A stretch of 63,927 nucleotides of DNA, filler included, from Welwitschia mirabilis (taxonomy: Eukaryota), in the NCBI GenBank assembly GCA_051453625.1. It is 8 parts of one record of this genome, joined end to end, with 100 filler letters (N's around TTAATTAATTAA, not from the genome) between each part and the next. Parts side by side here need not be neighbours in the genome. Positions count along the whole stretch, not along the records: positions 1 to 14,348 come from JBOZIK010000001.1; 7 more parts are not named here. One strand, written 5' to 3'. The position numbers and the translations under genes are program-made. Below are positions 1 through 11,519 of this stretch, in pieces. The notes beneath the pieces are model-generated. The model ran no database searches and was not told the origin of the DNA. It saw only the letters and a list, made by a program, of their open reading frames with translations. Numbering within the stretch: position 1 is the stretch's first letter; every line of letters starts with the position of its first letter.

Positions 1-1283
1 CCATTTTTACTTTTCGTTTTTTAGAAGAAGCATTTAAAATTGACGATGTTTGAATAAGTGAGAACATTCAAGAAAGAAGAGAAAAATATGTAAAATAGAG
101 AACTTTATTAAATAAATTGCTAGGTCATTGCATGCAGGACGTTTTATTGAGGAACAACATGCATGCATATAGTTGCTTCAAAGAAGACGTTAAGGGCTTT
201 GATTGCTCAAGAAATCTGGTGCTGCTCACTTGAAAATAGTTAAAGGGCCTTGTCTCCAAATAATAAATCTAATTTACATGCAAGAACAATGCTTTAAAGA
301 CGTCACCACTCAGGATTTGCACTGTGTTTGCTGCTTGATTGAATATATTGAGATATCACTGATCGCTCTGTCCAGATCTCAGATCCAATCCGTCCCGATA
401 GCGTAGCCTCGGTTCTCGTCTCCCTTGCGCAGAAGCTCCGTCCCGATCTCCAGATCCCTTATGTTTAGATGTTTTGGCTTTGGATCCGCGACCCAGAAAT
501 CAAAAGGAGGCTAATATCAGATAGCTCAAGTGTAATAGCAGAGTCAGGAGGCACATCATAGAAATGCTAAAACGGTAATCGGACGCATCACCAAACTTCC
601 AGGTTCTATGATTTCTTTCTTGTCTTTACCAAACAGACATGAGTTTTGTAATCTAAAAAAAATAATAACATTTACAATGATTTCAAAATATTTAGAATAT
701 GATTTTGAAATTAGATTGAGGTTTAACAATTACTTCTAAAACCCTATGAGAGTATTGCTAAGCATTTTCTTCATGCTATAATGAAAGATATCTCATTCAT
801 AAGAATTCTTCGATTACACAAACTCAAAGAGCAATCTTTATTTTCTCAGTCTCATAGTTGACAATAATTTTTGCAAATGGAACCTTAGGCCCTTTAATAA
901 AATATTTATTTATTTTAATCAAAAATTTTACCTCTTTGTTTCAACTGACGTGTTTTATATTATCTCCTTTAGATCTTTATTCTATATTGTAACTGCATCT
1001 TAACGCATCATAGTTAATTATAAGTCAAGCGATTACTTTTTATATTGATGAAAATCAACATTGAAGTCTTGGGATCATGTTAATAATTGGATATTAATTG
1101 TTTCACTTTTCATACTTTACAATAAATTTTAAGAAAAAAGAATAATAACGCTTATCATTCATACTTCCATAATGAGTTTTAAACTATGAACGCATAGCTT
1201 AGGGGCAAGAGCTTTAGTCACAAAGCTAGATAGAATTGTGATCGATTAAAATAATTTAATTGTTACAAAAAATCATCGCAACA
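1..1283 (+). repeat. 5' LTR (partial) of the Tat element
   Basis: Ends in CA 3 nt before a PBS; 755-852 (ttttcttcatg...aagaattcttcgattacac...ttttctc) recurs at 14252-14348. Confidence 0.75.
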
Positions 1284-1286
1284 GTT

Positions 1287-1303
1287 TGGCGCTAAAAGGA
1301 GGG
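1287..1303 (+). promoter_or_regulatory. Primer-binding site, tRNA-Asn type
   Basis: TGGCGCTAAAAGGAGGG, one mismatch from TGGCGCTAGAAGGAGGG, the complement of the plant cytosolic tRNA-Asn(GUU) 3' end as I recall it. Confidence 0.8.
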
Positions 1304-1399
1304 CCCCTCGTGTAGGTCTTATATCATTTTTTGATTATTTTTGAGTTGTGTTCGTTTTCGCTCTAGTTTCAATTACCACCTTGTCACATACAACGGCCA

Positions 1400-3976
1400 T
1401 AATGCCAATGTCAACCCACGGGAAAAAAGCCTACATCTCTAAAGATGAGTACAAGGTACTTATCTAACAACACCCTTCAACTCTCACTCCTGACGAACTT
1501 TGTATCATGAATGACTATAAGAGTTACTAAGAGGATTACCTAACCCATCCCACATAAAGAATTTATTTCTTAGCAATCAGAAAACTAGTAATTCTAGACA
1601 ATGAGAACAAGGTTCTCCTTGAAGACCCATTTTTACAAAAATATGTTGAAAACATAGAGTTCGTAAATGAATGGGGTCGTGATGAGAAACCCAAAACATT
1701 ACACAAATTCATACAACAAATCCCAAAGAAAGACTTTGACAATGATAGTTAATTTGAGTATGAAACTAATGACGAGGAACCATCTAAAATCCCATAAACT
1801 AAAGACCAAAAACCACTTATCCAGTCAACCGAATTCAACATATTATAAGAGGCCATCAATGACATCAAACGAGGCCTCTAAACCAAGAAGAACTACCTCG
1901 ACATAGACTAACGATACACCAATCCACCCCTCCATCCATCGTAAAGTGATATCACCTAGTGAAATGCCTGACTTTAAAAAGTTTACAGGTGTCAAAGACC
2001 CTGTTATCCACATTAGAAACTTTAAACACTCATGCCATATGTATAACATAGAGCGAAAAACTGTGTGTCATCTATTTTATCGATCTCTTCGATGACAAGC
2101 CCTTGAATGGTACTATCACCTACTGCACACTCTATTACAAGCTTAAAACAATTATTTGAGATGTTTATGTAGCACTATTCCATAAACATTACAAAGAAAA
2201 TAACCCTAGACTCATTGATAACATTGAAACAACAGTTCAACGAAACCATTCAATATTATGCTCGACAATAGAGGGTCATTACTCTGCAATTAGAAACTCC
2301 TATTATCGATTCTGATATTTCATGCCTATTTGCCAAATCATGCATTTCATATGTCTCTGAACATCTTAGGATGCAAGCATTTGAAACATTTGAACAAGCA
2401 GTATATTAATGAAAAGAATCGAAGTCATAGAAAGAGAAAAGGGCATCATAAAATATGGCAACACATCACAAAATGAATCACCAAGAAGAGAAAACAATAA
2501 CAACAAAGCAAACAACTCGAAGAATGTGTCATTAGTCAATCATCCTCCACAACCTCCTCAATCGAGTTATCCATCTCAACCGGTCAATAGCCTGATAATG
2601 CAACAGTTACAATCATAACCTCTTTTCCCTCCCCAAGCTTTTTCATTTCAACCAATTTTAGATCAACCTTGTTACCTGTCTTCTCAACAACTGCAAAGTT
2701 TTCAGCGAATACCATCACCTTAATGATAACAAATTCAACCACCTCAACAATAGCCCCAGAATCAATAATAATCTTTCTCAACTTAAAACCAAGACTAAAA
2801 TCGATCTGTGAACCAGAACATGATTCAAAGACCTAGGAGAAACTTTACTACATTACAAATTCAATTGATAAAGATCCTTGGAATTTTACTACAAAAGGGG
2901 ATAATTCAACTACCTCTAATCAGGGAGAAATATCCCAATGCACTAAAACCAAAGAGTTATGATGAGTTGAAATACTGTGAATACCATAGAATCAGGGGAC
3001 ATCACACTAAAAACTACTTCAACCTGAAACATATTATCCAAGACATTATTGAAAATAAAAAGAAGATTAAATTTGATGCAGTCTTACAACTGCAAACGAA
3101 CAGCTCGAGATCTATAAAAACCCATTTCCAACTCAAGCTTCTATATCACAGATACTACAAAATGTGGTAGTTCAAGATGACAATGCCTCTTATGCAGTTT
3201 AGGTAGTCAAGAAATAATCGACGAAACCTTTAGAACAAATCATTCAGAAAAACAAGCAAAAGTTGCAATGATTAATCGAGATAGAAGACACTCAAAGTCA
3301 ACTCACCTCTCGACCAAATGTTCAGTCAGAATCGCATGCCTCTAAAGTAGAGGAAGCATATCACCATCTCTCTTCATTGATTATGAACTTTGATTCTTAC
3401 AAACAAGCATTAGAAAGATTATGTGAAGAATATCTAACATCGAAAACATCCTCAAAATAAAGATCTATTCCAAACCAAGTAGATGTTCAGAAGAATGGCG
3501 AGGATCATGAGGTAATCCAATTTCAATCTGAGGAGATCTCATCCACCTCTAGGAAAACAATAATCACTGAACCATCTTACATTTTGATAAATATTAGTTC
3601 TACTAAAGTAGCTAAAGGCCTTGTTGATTGTGGAGCTAAACTAAATGTTATTATATCATCTTACTTAGATAAACTCAAATTGTAACATCTATTAGACTCA
3701 AAAAAGAGTGTGATGATTAGAGATTTTAATGATCAAGAATATAATTCTAAGGAAATAGTTACCTTGCCAATTAAGGTAGCTCCAAAAGTTAAGGATACCG
3801 AATTTTACATAATTGACAATGCTACCGCATTTAATTTGCTTTTAGGTCGTTCTTGGATTATGGATACGAGAGCAATCATTTCATTACCCCATCAAAAACT
3901 CAAATTCATTGGATCAAAGATTTTAGTGCCACTAGAAAGAAATCATATAGTGACAAACATTAAGGTACAATCTTAA
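1400..3976 (+). pseudogene. gag: gag plus aspartic protease of the Tat element (stops and frameshifts)
   Basis: MPDFKKFTGVKDPVIHIRNF (~1963); Tat-type knuckle YCEYHRIRGHHTKNY (ORF 2808-3170); protease GLVDCGAKLNV (~3617) and FNLLLGRSWI (ORF 3710-3976). Confidence 0.85.
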
Positions 3977-4333
3977 GCATCTTCCTCGTCATTACCTCAA
4001 ATTCCAGAAAAGAGAATCATCCCATTCTTACACTTCAAGCATGATCCAATAGACCATCGTAAATTAAAGGTCTTACAAATTCCATATGCATAACTTTTAG
4101 ATTCAGGATGGACTCCATTTCTTTCTGATAATTTTCCCATTAATTCATAATTACCTTTTTCTACATAAATCATTACCACAAATTAAAAAAACAAAAGAAA
4201 AACAACAAAAATAAGAAAAACATGTTTTCAACATTTTGTCTTTTTAATTCTTTACTCACAAATAGTCTTTGCATCTCCCTTTTTGTTCAAAGCCCCAATC
4301 ATTAATTCTCATTTCGACCTTTGTTTTTTATAG

Positions 4334-7300
4334 GGTGCTAAAATAGAAAGCCAATTGAAGTCACCTTTATGCATTACCTTAAATGGTCAACATATCGAGA
4401 GGTACGTCAATTTTAGTTTTATCGATTTTAACTATATTAAGTATTTGGAAAATCCATTTATCTGTATGAATGAAGAGCAAACAACTAAAAACACTAAAGC
4501 TTATGAAACAACGAAATCTCAAAATGTGATATCATCTTTAGCAAAATAACAAGACATCGAAACATATGATTTTTGAGTTGATTCTAACGATCAAGAAAAA
4601 TCACTCAAAATCAATCAACATTTTCCACAAGAGATTAAATCAAAACTCGAAGATGTTTTATTATCCAATAAAGACACTTTTGCTTGGCATTATAAGGATA
4701 TACCAGGCATCGACAAATCGATCGTCATACATAACATCATCTTGAAACAAATTCAACCCCAGTGAAATAAAAGATTAGAAAAATTAATCCTCGGCTAGCA
4801 TTAGTAGTAAAAGAAGATCTAGAACGTCTTTTAACTATAGGGTTTATTAGGCCAGTTGACTACTCAGACTAGTTATCAAACATGGTAGTCATTCTAAAGA
4901 AGAATGGCCAGATTAGGATTTGTGTTAATTACCGAGACCTAAACAAGGTAANNNNNNNNNNNNNNNNNNNNNNNNNNNNNNNNNNNNNNNNNNNNNNNNN
5001 NNNNNNNNNNNNNNNNNNNNNNNNNNNNNNNNNNNNNNNNNNNNNNNNNNNNNNNNNNNNNNNNNNNNNNNNNNNNNNNNNNNNNNNNNNNNNNNNNNNN
5101 NNNNNNNNNNNNNNNNNNNNNNNNNNNNNNNNNNNNNNNNNNNNNNNNNNNNNNNNNNNNNNNNNNNNNNNNNNNNNNNNNNNNNNNNNNNNNNNNNNNN
5201 NNNNNNNNNNNNNNNNNNNNNNNNNNNNNNNNNNNNNNNNNNNNNNNNNNNNNNNNNNNNNNNNNNNNNNNNNNNNNNNNNNNNNNNNNNNNNNNNNNNN
5301 NNNNNNNNNNNNNNNNNNNNNNNNNNNNNNNNNNNNNNNNNNNNNNNNNNNNNNNNNNNNNNNNNNNNNNNNNNNNNNNNNNNNNNNNNNNNNNNNNNNN
5401 NNNNNNNNNNNNNNNNNNNNNNNNNNNNNNNNNNNNNNNNNNNNNNNNNNNNNNNNNNNNNNNNNNNNNNNNNNNNNNNNNNNNNNNNNNNNNNNNNNNN
5501 NNNNNNNNNNNNNNNNNNNNNNNNNNNNNNNNNNNNNNNNNNNNNNNNNNNNNNNNNNNNNNNNNNNNNNNNNNTAAAAGGCTTTTGATAAGATTAAGGA
5601 ATACTTGACATTCATTCCTGTCTTAAGTCCACCAAAACCTAATCAACCCTTTTACCTTTACCTTCCATATACACCATCACCACTCAGTGTAATGATTTTT
5701 CAATAAGATGAGTTACACCGAGATCATCCCATTTACTATATCAGTAGAATACTTAATCAATATGAGAAAAATTACACTGAAATGTCTTCGCTTCATAGAA
5801 ATTTCGCCACTACTTGATAACAAATAAGACCATTGTGATCAATAACTAGAACTTNNNNNNNNNNNNNNNNNNNNNNNNNNNNNNNNNNNNNNNNNNNNNN
5901 NNNNNNNNNNNNNNNNNNNNNNNNNNNNNNNNNNNNNNNNNNNNNNNNNNNNNNAACTTGCTCAAACATTTACTCAAATATTCTACTAAAAGTACTCATC
6001 TAACAAAGTGGACATCGATTCTCGCTAAGTTTGACCTGGAATTTCAATTTCAAAAATCTATCAAAGGTAAATGCATAGTTGAACAGATAGGGGATTTACC
6101 AGTAGAAACTGAGGATGAAATCTTAGATGAATCTGAACAATTTTCAGATGAAGAAATCCACTTTATCGAAATCAAAAAGAATTATGATGTACTAATGTTC
6201 TTTGATGGTGCATCAAATAGAAATGGTGGTTTTAGAGGATTAGTCTTCTTTTTGAATAACAAAATGAGTTTACCATTCTCCTTCAAATTGAATTTTCCTT
6301 GCATGAATAACATTGTCGAATATAATGCCTTATCAAGAGGAATAATACTCATCATTCAAGTTGGTTTCAAGAGTTTATGCATCTTTGATGATTCACAGCT
6401 AGTAATAAACCAAGTGTTGGGTAAATACAAAGCAAAATCGAAAGTTTTAATCCTTTACCTTGAAAAGGTGACAAGGTTACTTTCNNNNNNNNNNTTAACT
6501 TAAAAACTTTAATCAGATTTGTTTCAAAGATCCATCATTTAAAGCATTCATCACATGTATAAATGTAAATCAAAATTTTCTATATGAACAACCAATGGTA
6601 GCCTATTTGAAATTACCATGAGATGAGATAAACCAACTAGTAAAAAATCCTAAAATGATAGATAAATGGTATGACATATTAGTAAATTACCTCACAGATC
6701 AAAAGCTACTAGAAGCTTTCACCTATATCCAAAGACAAAATTTTTGCGATCAGGCTATACATTTTACCACAATTCAAAGCTAAATGTACAATAAATCAAA
6801 TGATGACATCTTGCTTAGGTATCTAAAATCAGGTAAAGTAGCCTATGTTCTAAAAGAAACTCACACTGATTTCTGCGGTCCCCATCAGGGGGAAAAATAA
6901 CTACTAATTCATATCTTAAGATTAGGTTACTTCTAGAAAACCATGAGTCACAACTATTTTAGGATNNNNNNNNNNNNNNNNNNNNNNNNNNNNNNNNNNN
7001 NNNNNNNNNNNNNNNNNNNNNNNNNNNNNNNNNNNNNNNNNNNNNNNNNNNNGTTTAAAAAATGGGGTATGGATCTAATCATTCCAATTACACTGATATC
7101 ATCTAAATGATATGCTTATATTCTCACTGCGACTGAATATTTTTTGAAGTGGGTAGAAGCAATACCTTTGCATCAAACAACTACAAAAAAAATTTAAAAA
7201 TTTATCATGGATCACATCATTGCTAGATTTGGTACTCCTTACATCATAATTAGTGACAATGATCCACAATTCAAATCTATCGAATTGAAGAACTTCTTGA

Positions 7301-8340
7301 CTAAATTTGAAATAAAACATTCCTTCTCCACCTCGCGTTATCTACAAGTAAATGGTTAAGCTAAGGCAATGAATAAAGTAATCATAAACTATCTCAAGAA
7401 ATTATTACAGAAAAATCCTAAATCATGGCATGAAAAATTACCTTTTGCATTATGAGCTTATCGTACCTCAATAAAAACTGCTATGGGAACAACTCCATTC
7501 CAGTTAGTTTATGGTACTGAGGTGATTTTGCCAACTCAAGTCCAAATTCTTACACTAAAAAACTTGATCAAAGATCTNNNNNNNNNNNNNNNNNNNNNNN
7601 NNNNNNNNNNNNNNNNNNNNNNNNNNNNNNNNNNNNNNNNNNNNNNNNNNNNNNNNNNNNNNNNNNNNNNNNNNNNNCATCATAATTAATGACAATGATC
7701 CACAATTCAAATCTATCAAATTGAAGAACTTCTTGACTAAATTTGAAATAAAACATTCCTTCTCCACCTCGCGTTATCTACAAGTAAATGGTCAAGCTAA
7801 GGCAATGAATAAAGTAATCATAAACTATCTCAAAAAATTATTACAGAAAAATCCCAAATCATGGCACGAAAAATTACCTTTTGCATTATGGGCTTATCGT
7901 ACCTCAATAAAAACTGCTATGGGAACAACTCCATTCCAGTTAATTTATAGTACTGAGGTGATTTTCCCAACTCAAGTCCAAATTCTTACACTAAAAAAGT
8001 TGATCAAAGATCTTAAATTGTCCAACTTTGAAAGAAAAGCATAACTTACTCAGTTAGAAACTCTAGATGAGTAAAGAATAAAAGCACTGAACATTTGCAA
8101 CTTTACCAAAAATGAGTGAGTGAAGCATATAATGAACATGTTAATCCACAATCATACAATATAGGCGAACTTGTCTTAAAGGCAAATTTAACTGAGAAAA
8201 CCTCAAAATTTTCATCAAATTAGTTAGGACCATTTATTATATCACAAAAATTCGACAAAGAAACATACAAGCTCAAAAGTCTGAACGACATCAAAGATAA
8301 AGAACCAATAAACTCATTTTATCTCTGACCATATTATTAA
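4334..8340 (+). pseudogene. pol: pol: RT - RNase H - archaeal-type RNase H - integrase (gapped, degenerate)
   Basis: DTFAWHYKDIPGID; VVILKKNGQIRICVNYRDLNK; KAFDKIKEYL; LMFFDGASN...NNIVEYNAL...DDSQLVINQV (aRH); integrase YFLKWVEAIP, GQAKAMNK, ALWAYRTSIKTAMGTTPFQL; (W)LGPF near 8220. Confidence 0.9.
6187..6484 (+). pseudogene. Additional archaeal-type RNase H (aRH) domain diagnostic of Tat elements
   Basis: ORF 5958-6503 carries FFDGAS, NNxxEYxAL and DSQLVINQV between the canonical RH and integrase. Confidence 0.88.
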
Positions 8341-8482
8341 TAAATTTCACAATTTGCAGCTTTTTGTGGCATTTTAACTATTTGTTTTATACATTTTTTG
8401 TTTTTTTTATCACNNNNNNNNNNTTTTCTTATGTGTCATATAAATTTTACGTTTTTTTCTCTTTGTTTGAGTTTTACAGATC

Positions 8483-8670
8483 ATGAGTCACTATATACTT
8501 CAACTTCTGACATGGCTAAATGTTGATAATTCTCCTAAACCTCCTACACCTGGCAAGCATTATCCCATTCCTTACCAAGCTTTCTTGATTAACACTCCAT
8601 TTCATGAGGCTTCTCCTATTGAAGACGAGGAAGATGATGATGTTATATACCATGTCGACCCTCGCTATGA
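8483..8670 (+). CDS. 3' extra ORF of the Tat element, copy 1 (runs into an N gap); unknown function
   Basis: ATG 3 nt after pyrimidine tract + ACAG; 62 visible codons open; 44/62 aa identical to copy 2. Confidence 0.45.
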
Positions 8671-8770
8671 NNNNNNNNNNNNNNNNNNNNNNNNNNNNNN
8701 NNNNNNNNNNNNNNNNNNNNNNNNNNNNNNNNNNNNNNNNNNNNNNNNNNNNNNNNNNNNNNNNNNNNNN

Positions 8771-9188
8771 CTCCATTCTAGTTAGTTTATGGTACCGAGG
8801 CAATTTTGCCAACTCAAATACAAATTACTATACTAAGAATCCTAGTCAAAGATATTAAATTATCCAACGTTGAAAGAAAAGCATGATTCGCTCAGTTAGA
8901 AACTCTAGACGAGGAAAGAATAAAAGCAGTGCAACATATGCAACTTTATCAAAAACGAGTGAGTGAAGCATATAATAAACATGTCAATCCATGACCATAC
9001 AATGTAGGCAAACTTGTTTTAAAGGCAAACTTAATTGAGAAAATCTTAAAATTTTCACCAAACTGGTTAGGTCCATTTATTATATCACAAAAATTTTGAT
9101 AAAGGAACATATTAGCTCAAAAGTCTAGATGATGTCGAAGACAAAGAAACAATAAACTCATTTTACCTTTGGCCATATTATCGATAAA
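8771..9188 (+). pseudogene. Second, diverged copy of the integrase C-terminus
   Basis: TPF*LVYGTEAILPTQIQ...LETLDEERIKAVQHMQLYQKRVSEAYNKHV...NWLGPF parallels 7930-8340. Confidence 0.85.
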
Positions 9189-9377
9189 TTTCACAATCCA
9201 TATCTTTTTATGGCATTTTCTGTGGTATTTCTACTATTTATTTCATGCATTCACTGTTATCATCTTAGTCATGCTAAAATGCGATGCATCTATATGGCTA
9301 CTGGTTACTTAGAATAGCATTTTCTTATGTGTCATATAGATTTCACATTCTTTCTCTTTGTCTGAGTTTTACAGATC

Positions 9378-9656
9378 ATGAGTTACCATATACTACAATG
9401 TCTGGCACGGCTAAATGTTGGTGATCCTCTTGAACCACCTGCACCTGGCAGACGTTATCCCATTCCTTACCAAGCTTCCTTGATTGACATTCCATTTCAT
9501 GAGGCTCCTCCTATCGAAGACGATGAAGATGATGATGTTATATACCATGTCGACCCTCGCTACGACACCACTTGTTCGTCCTTTTCTATAGCTCGTGCTT
9601 TTGCACAAATCACCTTATGCTATCTTCTTATGCAACATATCCATTCTTCCATCTGA
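9378..9656 (+). CDS. 3' extra ORF of the Tat element, copy 2 (92 aa; Pro-rich, acidic tract, hydrophobic tail); unknown function
   Basis: Uninterrupted ORF MSYHILQCLARLNVGDPLEPPAPGRRYPIPYQ...IEDDEDDDVIYHVDPRY..., preceded by ttctttctctttgtctgagttttacAG|atcATG. Confidence 0.5.
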   Translation: MSYHILQCLARLNVGDPLEPPAPGRRYPIPYQASLIDIPFHEAPPIEDDEDDDVIYHVDPRYDTTCSSFSIARAFAQITLCYLLMQHIHSSI

Positions 9657-11505
9657 TAATAGCATGTTTCACCTACTCATTCTCTTTTCCTCAATAATTT
9701 ATCATGTAATTCTTAGTTTCTATTTTGTATCCGGTCCTTTTTGAACATGTCAATAAAAAATTTTTTGTTACTTAATCCATATCATTTCATCGCATCATGT
9801 TTGGGTACATTTTTACAATGAGTTAACTGTTAAATGGCCAAAGTATTATTTTATAGAGAAATACATTTTGAATGACTTTATTGAGTTTTCAATTCAGATG
9901 CTAAGAAAAAACTTAGTGTTAATGGACAATAGCTAAGATTAAATTAATTATCATCATAATACTCTTAGCATGATAGAAGCAATTGAGTCATCTTTACCTA
10001 AATGACTACTTGGCAGAGTTTCTTAATTAGAGTCATTTCTTTGTTTGATTATCAATTTTGTTTGGTCCTATGTTAAACCATGTTCAAGTTTTATGAAAGT
10101 AGTTTTTCTACTTTAGGATATTTATGATGGTAAGATTGGATTTCACCTAATCTTAAGACATTCGTACATCTATTACATTCAATGTCTTATGTTCTTCTGT
10201 CCTAGTATCAATCTGTGTCAAATATAATACTTGTTCTCAGTAGTGAATATTACGATTTACCATCTCAATAATCAATTAATGTTCCAAAAAAAAAGAAAAG
10301 AAATTTAAGTCAATTCGTAAAATATCGTTATCATGCACCAAAAAAAAATGAAAAAAAAAGAAAATGAAAATCATGATATTCTACCGCAAGTGCACTGAGG
10401 AAAATATTCCTGAGAGGGGCCTTTGGCAGTGCAATATGGTNNNNNNNNNNTCGGGCTTCGACTTGCTGATTCTTATGCCTTTGGTAGTGGTTGCACTCCC
10501 ATCATCATAGTAGATGGTGATTTTTAAAATCTCTATTGACTTGATTTTCTATAACTCTGAAGCAATGACTTCATGAGCATTCAGAACATATTGGTTATTG
10601 AATAGTAGGTTGTCAAGGTTTCATTTACTATCACAGCCGATGATCAGATTGAGTAATAATCTTGACATTACATTGATACTCCACAAAATAACTATAGACA
10701 TCATCATAATCAATATCCTAGTCATGTGATACTCTATATCACTTAACATTGAACCTTCATTAATAATATCAAACAATTTTATAACTCATACCAATAGACA
10801 TTGTTAAGGTGACATTTAGAGACATTGAAATCAATCTTCTTCATACCTCTGTTTGTACATTTTCATCTAGTCTTTTTCTAATATTTATAATTGATTATCT
10901 CAGATTCATCTCCCGCATTTGCTTTAAATTCATTCAAGACCATTCCCACTTCTTAGTTAATTTATTGTTCTTTTAATACTTGACCTAGTCTACTATCAAT
11001 CTATTAATCGTTATAACTTTTTCACCCCTTTTTTGTTTTTCATTTTATCATCCCCCATTCACTGCAAAGTTTTTTTAGTTTATCTTTGTTTCAGTTCAAT
11101 CAAATACACTCTCTACTTCACTAGTACTTAAATCTCTTTTGTCATATGATTTACCTTGATCATTAATCTCATCACTTTTTTCTCTCCCATTTGATTGTCT
11201 TCCATCTCTTACACAATCATTTCGATTAACTCTTATTTTAGTCCATCATGTGTATTTCTCTCTCATTTCCCTTATTAGCTCATTTATAATGTTTCATCAC
11301 TATCCAATTATGTATTCATCATTTGCTCTATGGATTTCTTTAAATTCCCTTTGGTTTTCATTTTTATCAGTGGCTCGATTCACCTTTCATCATTTTGAAT
11401 CTTCGCTATCATAACGAAATGACTTGCATGTATAAAATATTTCATTAGGATGCATGTTTATTTTCCTTATGTTTTTGATGTCAAGTTTAAGTTTCACTTC
11501 ACATC

Positions 11506-11519
11506 AAAAAAGGGGCAAC
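11506..11519 (+). promoter_or_regulatory. Polypurine tract; 3' LTR probably starts at 11520 (TATAACCC, a decayed TGTAACCC)
   Basis: AAAAAAGGGGCAAC resembles Tat-type PPTs and lies downstream of pol and the 3' UTR. Confidence 0.6.
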
